In this document: positions 1 to 8,112 of the stretch, one piece after another
How positions within the stretch are numbered: position 1 is the first letter of the stretch
How the letters are laid out: every line of letters starts with the position of its first letter
Source of the DNA: an uncultured Bacteroidota bacterium
GTDB taxonomy: Bacteria > Bacteroidota > Rhodothermia > Rhodothermales > UBA10348
DNA: 31,728 nucleotides
Assembly: GCA_937893205.1 (NCBI GenBank)
Contig: CALBJU010000274.1
Location: 1-31,728, forward strand
Direction of reading: 5' to 3'
The notes under the pieces: model-generated
Told to the model about the DNA's origin: nothing
The model's database searches: none
Seen by the model: only the letters and a program-made list of their open reading frames with translations
Program-made: the position numbers and the translations under genes

Positions 1-486
1 AGCCTTGAGGGAAACCGGGTCGACACTCAGATTTTCCTGCGTCAGAATGCGCCTCAGATAGCCTATCTGGCCCAGGTGAAACGAAAGATGCGTACACAAG
101 TGCAGTAGAAATTGCTGGGTACCAAGGTCGAATCCACCCACCTGCTCAGGATATTTCGAATCGAGGACCGAGGCGTCCAGTGCCGGAATAACGGTCTGTA
201 GGGAGGAAATCGTCGAAGCGATTTCCTCCAGAATCGATTGGCGTGTCGCTGACCTATCGGAGAATTCTCGGGTGCGGTCCCGAACGTAATCCGTTCCTCC
301 GAGCACATGACAGATGTAGTGTCTGAGATTTCCGCATCCGTGCAGTGCCAGCATTCCAGCGGGGTTGGAGATTCCCTCCGGGGCCACCCAGATGAGTTCA
401 TCATCCGGGAAAGACTCAATTTCTCGCGCCATCGCTCCGAGATCACGTGTAAGGAGAAGTTGAATTTGATCCAGTAAACTTGTCAT
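1..486 (-). CDS. DinB-family (DUF1572-like) protein, runs off the left edge
   Basis: Not in the ORF track; translated by hand from the ATG at 486: MTSLLDQIQLLLTRDLGAMAREIESFPDDELIWVAPEGISNPAGMLALHGCGNLRHYICHVLGGTDYVRDRTREFS...FLLHLCTHLSFHLGQIGYLRRIL. The HxxGN and HLxxHLGQ motifs are typical of DinB proteins. No stop before base 1. Confidence 0.85.
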   Translation of the reverse strand, partial: MTSLLDQIQLLLTRDLGAMAREIESFPDDELIWVAPEGISNPAGMLALHGCGNLRHYICHVLGGTDYVRDRTREFSDRSATRQSILEEIASTISSLQTVIPALDASVLDSKYPEQVGGFDLGTQQFLLHLCTHLSFHLGQIGYLRRILTQENLSVDPVSLKA

Positions 487-540
487 ACGGACGTACTCAC
501 TTTGATTGACCTGCAGATTCGCTCCCACTCCTGATCGCTT

Positions 541-2622
541 CTAGAATCTCAGCTCAAACCCGAGAGAGATCGTGCGCGACGCGGCAGGAAATATGAACAG
601 AGTTTCGGAACCTGCGGGGTCCTGATAAGCCGTGCTGTTGTACTCATTATCCAGTGCGTTGAAGACATCCAACGTTACCGAATAAGCCTCTCGCGAATAG
701 GTGACCCGCGCATCGAGGGTCGAGTAATCTGGCAGCTCCGTCGTATTGGCATCATCCACATAGGTCTTTCGAATTCCTTTCAGCACGACGCTCGTGGTCA
801 CCGGACCCATGTCAGCCACGACGCCACCACTGAAGGCGTGACGAGGAATTGCCTTCACCGCGTTGCCCTTGTTTTCTCCGATCTGGGACGTGACATCCTG
901 GAGCGTGTAATTCAGGAATGCCGACCCAACCCCGTTTTTCGCTGTGCTGATGCCCGTTTCAATGCCTCGATGGCGGCTCTTTCCAATATTGACATTCGAA
1001 AAGGTCTCGAACGAGAAGTCGATTTCGTTCGTCATATCGATGGTGTACACCGACGTGCTGATCATGGTCGACCAGCCATTCGTTCCCCTGATTCGGTGAT
1101 AAAAACCAATTTCGTAGCTGGTGCCTTCCTGAGGAATGAGGCTCGCATTCGCGATCTGGATGGAAAAGGGAGGGAAGGGTACCGGGAAGGCTCGAAGATC
1201 GTAAAGTTGATCGAGTGTGGGAGCCTTGAAGGAGCGGCTGACGCTCGCATACACATTGCCTACCTGAGAGGAGGAGGAGCTGTACCGATAATTCAGTCCG
1301 GCTTTTGGGCTGAACGCCGTGTGCGAGGCCGACGGCACGGACTCCGACAGTCCCTCCACTTCGTCAAATGAATCATTGATCCAGTCGACTCGTGCTCCCA
1401 GAGATAACTTCAGTTTCGAGGAGGGGTTGAGGTCGAGATGGGCGTATCCGGCGGCGCCGTTTCGTGAGGCCGAACCATCGGAGAGTACATCTCCCGGATC
1501 GCCCGAGGCGCCCAAATAAGCATCTGCCAGACCTCCTGTGGCGATGTGACGATATCGCGTGTCCAGTGTGCCGAAAAAACCATCCATACCCACTAAGAGT
1601 TGATTGTCGATCGGTAAGGGGAGTGAAACACCTGAAATCTGAACATTGGATTTGAAACTGAGGGCGTCAACCTGCCTTTTCTGCGTGTCGGCGAAATCTG
1701 CGCTCAGAGGAAGGGTGCGGATGAGGTCTTGATTGCGAAGCTCCCCGGTAATCGAGGCATCGATCTTTCCCATACTCGCCTGCCAGCCTCCGTCGAGAGA
1801 GGCTCGAAAAGTCTGCTCCTCTGCGCCGTCGAACTGAAAGAAAGCGAGGCTCTCGGTCCCGTCATCGGTGATGTCGGTAGAAAGAAGCGGTCCGGGCGTG
1901 TCGAATTCGCGCACATTAAGGGATGCGCTCAGAACGAGCGTTCGGTCTTCTTCGCTAACCACCTGATAGGACCCCTGCAGCGTTCCAGACTTGCGTTCGC
2001 TGTGATCCCGAAATCCGTCGCTTGAGGAAAAATCGCCGAGTATTGAGTACCGATTGCTCAAAAGGGAAGCGTGAATAGTGCGCACGCCCAGGTTTCCGGT
2101 GCTCGCCCGCAAGAGACCGGCAGTTTCCTGAATCGCCTCGGTTCGCACATTGATGACCGCTCCGATGGCAGCATCGCCATAAAGTGAAGAGGCGCCGCCT
2201 CTCAGTACTTCGACGACCGTGGACGACGAGATTGTGATCTGCTCCCAATTAACCAGCCCGTTCTCCAGATTGTTGATCGGCTTTCCGTTCAGCAGCACGA
2301 CAACATATTCGGCCTCACCCCCTCCGTAAAACCCGCGGGTAACCGATTGGGGAGAATATCCGAGACCATGGAAATCCAGGAAGGTCATTCCCTGGATGAA
2401 TCCAAGTAGGCTGGACGCATTTCTGTTTGGAAGAACCCGCAAATCCCTGGCGGTGAGCACCGAGACGCCGACTGTCGAGGACGAAAGCGCGGAAGCAACT
2501 CTTTCAGCCGTGACGACGATTGGGTCGAGCGTCCGAGTCATGGTCGAGTCCGCTTCCTGCGCGTGGGCAGTGGAACTGAGGATCATCCCCGAAAGCAGTA
2601 GAATTGCGGAGCAAAGCTTCAT
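541..2622 (-). CDS. TonB-dependent receptor
   Basis: Signal peptide (MKLCSAILLLSG...AHAQ), TonB-box-like LDPIVVTA, plug motif VEVLRGGASSLYGDAAIGAVINV, FSPKAGLNY/SFKAPTLDQLY barrel motifs and a C-terminal aromatic (FELRF). Start moved from 2685 to the ATG at 2622. Confidence 0.92.
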   Translation of the reverse strand: MKLCSAILLLSGMILSSTAHAQEADSTMTRTLDPIVVTAERVASALSSSTVGVSVLTARDLRVLPNRNASSLLGFIQGMTFLDFHGLGYSPQSVTRGFYGGGEAEYVVVLLNGKPINNLENGLVNWEQITISSSTVVEVLRGGASSLYGDAAIGAVINVRTEAIQETAGLLRASTGNLGVRTIHASLLSNRYSILGDFSSSDGFRDHSERKSGTLQGSYQVVSEEDRTLVLSASLNVREFDTPGPLLSTDITDDGTESLAFFQFDGAEEQTFRASLDGGWQASMGKIDASITGELRNQDLIRTLPLSADFADTQKRQVDALSFKSNVQISGVSLPLPIDNQLLVGMDGFFGTLDTRYRHIATGGLADAYLGASGDPGDVLSDGSASRNGAAGYAHLDLNPSSKLKLSLGARVDWINDSFDEVEGLSESVPSASHTAFSPKAGLNYRYSSSSSQVGNVYASVSRSFKAPTLDQLYDLRAFPVPFPPFSIQIANASLIPQEGTSYEIGFYHRIRGTNGWSTMISTSVYTIDMTNEIDFSFETFSNVNIGKSRHRGIETGISTAKNGVGSAFLNYTLQDVTSQIGENKGNAVKAIPRHAFSGGVVADMGPVTTSVVLKGIRKTYVDDANTTELPDYSTLDARVTYSREAYSVTLDVFNALDNEYNSTAYQDPAGSETLFIFPAASRTISLGFELRF

Positions 2623-2834
2623 CTTGAAATGGTTTTGGCGTGGAAGTCGATTTGAGCATTCTTGTAAGATATAACGTGGCGGCACGATCTCAATGCATCT
2701 TTTCGTTCTGCCCCTGCGTTGTGCAGGCTGAATGAATCTGTCGATATTCGGTCAAATAGGCTATGTTTGCGATCCGCCTTCTGATCGAAAACCCACCTGT
2801 GATTCGGCAATCCATCCTACCATTGAGCTTTACC

Positions 2835-5800
2835 ATGAATAAGATCTCCCTGCTGCTTATCGCTGCCATTCTGCTTGTCCTCCCAGTATCTGTGGTTTCC
2901 GCACAGGAGCGCGATGCTGAGGAGAAAATGAGCGCGGAAACCTTCGATGGACTGAAACTGCGAAATATTGGGCCTGGCTTTATGTCGGGACGGATCTCGG
3001 ACATCGCCATCCATCCTGAGGACGATTCTATCTGGTATGTCGCCGTTGCATCGGGTGGAGTCTGGAAAACGGACAATGCAGGAACGACCTGGACGCCCGT
3101 ATTCGATGAGGAGACCTCCTATTCAACGGGAAGCGTTACTATCGATTCCAGCAATCCGCACGTCGTCTGGGTGGGAACGGGCGAAAACGTAGGCGGACGC
3201 CACATGGGCTACGGAGATGGAGTGTATCGAAGCGACGATGGGGGTGCTACCTGGACCAACATGGGCCTCAAAAACTCGGAGCACGTTTCGACAATCATTG
3301 TACATCCGACAAACTCTGATGTGATCTGGGTAGCAGCGCAGGGCCCGCTCTGGACATCGGGCGGCGACCGTGGCCTCTACAAATCGAGCGACGGTGGACA
3401 ATCCTGGCAAAAGACACTCGGTGACGATGAGTGGGTAGGAGTCACAGATATCGCCATCGACCCCCGAGATCCTGACGTGCTGTACGCGGCCACCTGGCAG
3501 CGGCACCGAACCGTTGCCGCATACATGGGCGGCGGTCCTGGAAGCGGCATTCATCGAAGCACCGATGGCGGCGATACGTGGGGGGAGCTAACCCTAGGAC
3601 TGCCCGAATCGAATATGGGCAAAATCGGAATTGCGATATCTCCACAGCGGCCAGATATCATCTACGCGGCCATCGAACTGGACCGAAAAACGGGAGGCGT
3701 GTATCGATCAACAGACAGGGGCTCTTCCTGGACGAAAATGTCGGACACCGTATCTGGAGCCACCGGCCCGCACTACTATCAGGAGCTGTACGCATCACCC
3801 CACCAGTTCGAGCGCCTGTATCTGATGGATGCTAATCTTCAGATCTCTGACGATGGTGGCAAGAATTTTTTCCGGATGAATGAGCGAGACAAGCACGGGG
3901 ATAACCACGCAATCGCGTTTCGAATGGATGATCCCGACTATCTGCTTGTGGGATCAGACGGCGGTCTCTACGAAAGCTTCGACCTGACGAAAAGCTGGCG
4001 TTTCATCGAGAATCTTCCCGTGACGCAATACTACAAAGTGGCCCTCGACGATACCGAGCCTTTCTACAACATTTTTGGAGGCACGCAGGACAACAGTACC
4101 CAGGGAGGTCCCTCGCGAACGGATAATGTCCAAGGCATCCAGAATTCAGACTGGCGAATAGTCCTGAACTGGGATGGTCACCAGCCGGCGACCGAACCTG
4201 GAAATCCTGACATCATGTACGCTGAGAGGCAGGAGGGAGCGCTATCCAGGATCGACATGATCACAGGTGAGGTGGTAGATATTCAACCTCAACCGGGCGC
4301 AGACGAAGACTACGAGCGCTTCAACTGGGATTCGCCCATTCTGGTGAGCCCCCATCAGGCGTCCCGCATCTACTTTGCATCGCAGCGTGTATGGCGCTCC
4401 GATAACCGTGGAGACAACTGGACGGCGATCTCCGGGGATCTGACGCGGAATCAGGACCGATTCACCCTTCCAATCATGGGGAGCACCCAGAGTTGGGACA
4501 ATGCGTGGGATGTGGGGGCGATGTCCAACTATAACACGATTACTTCGCTGGCGGAATCTCCCTTGCAGGAAGGGCTGATCTACGCGGGAACGGACGACGG
4601 ACTCATTCAGGTGACCGAAGACGGGGGCGCGAACTGGAGAGCGCTCGAGGTGGGATCCCTGCCCGGATTACCCGCAACAGCTTTTGTCAATGACATCAAG
4701 GCCGATCTGCACGATGCCAACACCGTCTATGCAGTTCTGGATAACCACAAGTACGGTGATTACACCCCGTATTTGTTCAAGAGCACCGATCGAGGGCGAA
4801 ACTGGCGCTCCATTCGTGGCAATCTCCCTGATCGGACATTGGCCTGGAGATTGGTTCAGGATCACGTCGATGCGGATCTCATGTTCGCCGCGACCGAGTT
4901 TGGAATCTATTTCACGGTGGACGGTGGCGGAACTTGGGTCAAACTCACCGGCGGCATGCCAACGATCTCGTTCAGGGATCTTGGGATCCAGAAAAGAGAA
5001 AATGACCTCGTTGGAGCATCCTTCGGCCGCGGTTTCTTTGTTCTAGATGATTACAGCGCCCTTCGCGGCGTTTCGGCCACTCAGTTGGAGGAAGAAGCGA
5101 CGCTGTTTCCGACACGAAACGCGTGGTGGTACGTTCCGCGCCCCATGCTGAGCTTTGGCGCCGGGAGGGGATCGCAGGGCAGTTCGCATTATTTGGCGCC
5201 CAATCCTCCGTTTGGAGCCGTCTTCACGTACTATCTGCGGGATGGATTGATGACCCGGGAAGAAGTCAGACAGAAGGCCGAGAAAGAAGCCGTCGAGGCG
5301 GGACGATCCGTTGAGTTTCCCGGATGGGCCGCGGTGGAAGCCGAAAGACGGGAGTCGGATCCGACCATTTTTTTTACAGTGACGGACGCAGATGGGAATG
5401 TGGTTCGCCGTGTTGAGGGCGAGGTGACCAGCGGCTTTCATCGGGTAGCCTGGGACCTGAAATTTCCCTCTCCGCAGGCCGTTGGATTAACCGTTACGGA
5501 TACCGGTACCAGCGGCATGCTGGCCGCGCCCGGTACGTACATCGTCACCATGTCCAAAGGGGTGAATGGAGAGGTAACAAAACTGTCTTCACCACAGACT
5601 TTCGAAGTCGTGCCGCTGCGCGCGGGGGCGTTGGAGGGTTCGTCACATGAAGAGGTAGCGGCATTTTGGAGAATGCTGGAGACGGCGACCCGAGCGGCAT
5701 CGGCTGTACAGTCTACTCTTTCGAAGGCGCTGCAAACCGTAGATGCCATGCAGGTTGCCCTCGGTAGGGCGACGGCCGCTCCAGGCGACCTGGATTCTAG

Positions 5801-6119
5801 AATCCATCAGGCAAAACAGGACCTGCTGGAACTCGACTCAGGGTTAAACGGATTGGGGTCGAAGCGCCAACCGGGAGAGAAAACCCGGCCCACCGTGGGT
5901 AACAGGCTGTCTGCAGTAGAAAGGGGCGTGGGCAATTCGACCTACGGGCCGACGGCCACACATGAGCAGCAGCTCCAGATCGCGCACAATCAGTTGACCG
6001 GATATCGAACCACTCTGGAAGAGCTCCTGGAACGACTATCGGGACTAAGCCGAGATCTCATTGCCGCAGGTGCACCGTGGATCGAAGGTGACGCGCTCCC
6101 GTGGGGTGATAATCGGTAG
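2835..6119 (+). CDS. VPS10/sortilin-like BNR (Asp-box) repeat secreted protein, often annotated as glycosyl hydrolase
   Basis: Signal peptide MNKISLLLIAAILL, LRNIGPGFMSGRISDIA, and many SxDGGxTW Asp-box repeats (YRSDDGGATW, YKSSDGGQSW, RSTDGGDTW, FKSTDRGRNW). Start moved to the ATG at 2835. Confidence 0.9.
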   Translation: MNKISLLLIAAILLVLPVSVVSAQERDAEEKMSAETFDGLKLRNIGPGFMSGRISDIAIHPEDDSIWYVAVASGGVWKTDNAGTTWTPVFDEETSYSTGSVTIDSSNPHVVWVGTGENVGGRHMGYGDGVYRSDDGGATWTNMGLKNSEHVSTIIVHPTNSDVIWVAAQGPLWTSGGDRGLYKSSDGGQSWQKTLGDDEWVGVTDIAIDPRDPDVLYAATWQRHRTVAAYMGGGPGSGIHRSTDGGDTWGELTLGLPESNMGKIGIAISPQRPDIIYAAIELDRKTGGVYRSTDRGSSWTKMSDTVSGATGPHYYQELYASPHQFERLYLMDANLQISDDGGKNFFRMNERDKHGDNHAIAFRMDDPDYLLVGSDGGLYESFDLTKSWRFIENLPVTQYYKVALDDTEPFYNIFGGTQDNSTQGGPSRTDNVQGIQNSDWRIVLNWDGHQPATEPGNPDIMYAERQEGALSRIDMITGEVVDIQPQPGADEDYERFNWDSPILVSPHQASRIYFASQRVWRSDNRGDNWTAISGDLTRNQDRFTLPIMGSTQSWDNAWDVGAMSNYNTITSLAESPLQEGLIYAGTDDGLIQVTEDGGANWRALEVGSLPGLPATAFVNDIKADLHDANTVYAVLDNHKYGDYTPYLFKSTDRGRNWRSIRGNLPDRTLAWRLVQDHVDADLMFAATEFGIYFTVDGGGTWVKLTGGMPTISFRDLGIQKRENDLVGASFGRGFFVLDDYSALRGVSATQLEEEATLFPTRNAWWYVPRPMLSFGAGRGSQGSSHYLAPNPPFGAVFTYYLRDGLMTREEVRQKAEKEAVEAGRSVEFPGWAAVEAERRESDPTIFFTVTDADGNVVRRVEGEVTSGFHRVAWDLKFPSPQAVGLTVTDTGTSGMLAAPGTYIVTMSKGVNGEVTKLSSPQTFEVVPLRAGALEGSSHEEVAAFWRMLETATRAASAVQSTLSKALQTVDAMQVALGRATAAPGDLDSRIHQAKQDLLELDSGLNGLGSKRQPGEKTRPTVGNRLSAVERGVGNSTYGPTATHEQQLQIAHNQLTGYRTTLEELLERLSGLSRDLIAAGAPWIEGDALPWGDNR

Positions 6120-6146
6120 AAAGCTTCCCCCGTGACGGGATAGGGA

Positions 6147-7382
6147 TCATGACCCTACGGTTACTTCGCGTACAAAAGGCTGTTTTTGCATATAGACAAG
6201 AGAGCGCCAGAGCCACTCGAGGGGTCCGAAACGGAAATACTTCAACCAGATAGGTGAGATGATAATCTGAAGGGTCCATATGGCCAGCACGATTCCGAAC
6301 TGGCCTGTGCGACTGATCTGTCCGAAATATCCCAGTCCATGGCCGTAAAAAATGAGCGTCGCCAATACGGTTTGAAGGATGTAGTGCGTGAAGGCCATGC
6401 GACCCACTGCGGCCAAGGAATTCATGATCCGGGATAATCCTGCCTGACAGACGAGCATGATCCCTCCAATCCAACCAAGGCTGACCAGAATGCTCGCCCA
6501 GTAGTTGAATTGCAGCCCGAGAAAGAAATAATTCGGTGATTCCCAATCGTTCGATATGTTTGTATACATGCCGTAGCCCACGATAGGGAGGCCTATCGCG
6601 AGAGCGATGCCGATCAGAATGAGATAGAATCTGCGCGATCGTTTCGCGCTGAAAATATCCATTTTGAACAACGCCATACCCAAGAGCATGAGGCCGCTCA
6701 CGCGCCAAAATGCCCAAAACAAAAAAGACGCTATTTCCAACTCTCGTGCAGCATTCGTTCGATGCTCCATTTGAGTCATCCAATCGCTCTGGTAGATCTG
6801 AACCTCACGTTCTCTTTCCTCGAGGGAAGGCTTGAAGTCCTTGTTCAGCGATTGGAGTTCATCCGCACTCATAAACTCGACCGACAATCCGCCGGCAAGT
6901 GATATCAGCGAACCTACCGCGAGGAACGCGAGACCCCAGACAATCAGCTTTTTCGGTGTGGATTTGCGGAAGAGAAAAACGAACATGCCACACATTCCAT
7001 ACCAGAACAGGATATCGCCATGCCAGAGTAGATGTGCGTGCAGCAGGCCAAAGACGGCAAGCAATCCGACTCTGCGATAGTGGGTTTTGCCGAAAGAAAC
7101 GCCTTTTGCTTTACTACGCTCCCAACCCAAAATGATACCCGCGCCGAAGAGCATCGAAAAAATGTTCATGAACTTCTGGTCCGCCAACAGGTGGGTCAAC
7201 TTCCAGATCCAACCGTCCAATCCCTCAAGGCTTCCCCAAGCGGTTGGGTCGAAATATGTAGCATTTGGCATCGAAAACGATCCGATATTCATGGTCAATA
7301 TGCCCAGAAGGGCAAAGCCACGAAGGACGTCCAGCGACTGAATCCGCTCCCTTTCTTGAATGGGTAAAATGTGAGTTGTCAT
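6147..7382 (-). CDS. DUF418 (YeiB-like) membrane protein
   Basis: ERIQSLDVLRGFALLGIL, KFMNIFSMLFGAG, GDILFWYG, VGRMAFTHYILQT and GPLEWLWRSL are family-typical motifs. Start moved to the ATG at 7382. Confidence 0.92.
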   Translation of the reverse strand: MTTHILPIQERERIQSLDVLRGFALLGILTMNIGSFSMPNATYFDPTAWGSLEGLDGWIWKLTHLLADQKFMNIFSMLFGAGIILGWERSKAKGVSFGKTHYRRVGLLAVFGLLHAHLLWHGDILFWYGMCGMFVFLFRKSTPKKLIVWGLAFLAVGSLISLAGGLSVEFMSADELQSLNKDFKPSLEEREREVQIYQSDWMTQMEHRTNAARELEIASFLFWAFWRVSGLMLLGMALFKMDIFSAKRSRRFYLILIGIALAIGLPIVGYGMYTNISNDWESPNYFFLGLQFNYWASILVSLGWIGGIMLVCQAGLSRIMNSLAAVGRMAFTHYILQTVLATLIFYGHGLGYFGQISRTGQFGIVLAIWTLQIIISPIWLKYFRFGPLEWLWRSLVYMQKQPFVREVTVGS

Positions 7383-7392
7383 TAGGTAGTGG

Positions 7393-7824
7393 TCATGATG
7401 AGGATGACTTCCGACGCGATCTGATAATTGCTCCGAAAACAATCAGCGGCATCATCGTGACAATCATCGCGATTCACATCCAGTCGGGGATGGTCCCGGA
7501 TATTTCCGGATCTGTCATTCCGTAGACGAATCCTAACAACTGAAATCCAGCCAGCGCCAGGCCGTATGAGACCTCAGACTTTCCTGCGATCAAGGCGGCG
7601 ACGTATCCACCAAGAAAGGCTGCGCCGCCGTTATAGAAAAGTTTGGCGACCAGTACTCCGGATCTGTTTCGAACGGCAAAGTATGCCTCCTGGTCGGTGA
7701 GAATGCCACCATTGAGCACTGCGATGAGGACGAATTCGATGGTCTCAGCCACAAAAGTGATCACCATCATGCCGATGAGAATACTGGCAACGCTCCTGGC
7801 CGCTCCCGTCAAGATTGGTTTCAT
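7393..7824 (-). pseudogene. Small multi-TM membrane protein interrupted by an in-frame TGA at 7474-7476
   Basis: The ORF reads ...PEISGTIPDWM*IAMIVTMMPLIVFGAIIRSRRKSSS*. The in-frame continuation encodes another hydrophobic helix with a basic tail and stops at 7393, 10 nt before the DUF418 start. Confidence 0.6.
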
Positions 7825-8112
7825 TACCTGGATTAAAAGGGGGTTCGATAATTCGAGGTCTTGAGCAATGTAATGGTTGCTTCGCCTGGTGTCAGGGCTA
7901 TTATGGTCGGTCGAATCGATCTACCGAAGGATCTTTCCTATTTTCATGCCCATCAGTTCAGTCCAGAATGCATGGTTCGTGGAAACAGGACTCAAGATTG
8001 ATCTGCCTCAATCCGAAAATGAGCATGTATCGCACACGGTAACAATGGTGTACGAGCGGTGACTTGCCGGTCTTTGGTTTCAGATTCTCGTTCTTCACGA
8101 CCAGCACAGCAT

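Noticed and set aside
63-446. 127-aa minus-strand ORF in the track
   Set aside because: It is an alternative frame of the DinB-like gene (486 to 1), which carries the recognisable motifs.
2623-2834. Cobalamin or other riboswitch upstream of the TonB receptor
   Set aside because: I could not find the GGGAA...ACTG...GCCACTG-type core or any other recognisable riboswitch motif on the minus strand.
6121-6140. CCCG-TGA-CGGG hairpin between VPS10 and DUF418
   Set aside because: The stem is only about 4 bp with no U-tract, too weak to call a terminator.
7474-7476. TGA-to-Trp/Gly genetic code reassignment or selenocysteine
   Set aside because: TGA ends several intact genes here (e.g. 6147, 13590, 31558) and no other long gene has internal TGAs. 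The context is a TM-helix Trp-like position, and I see no convincing SECIS hairpin.
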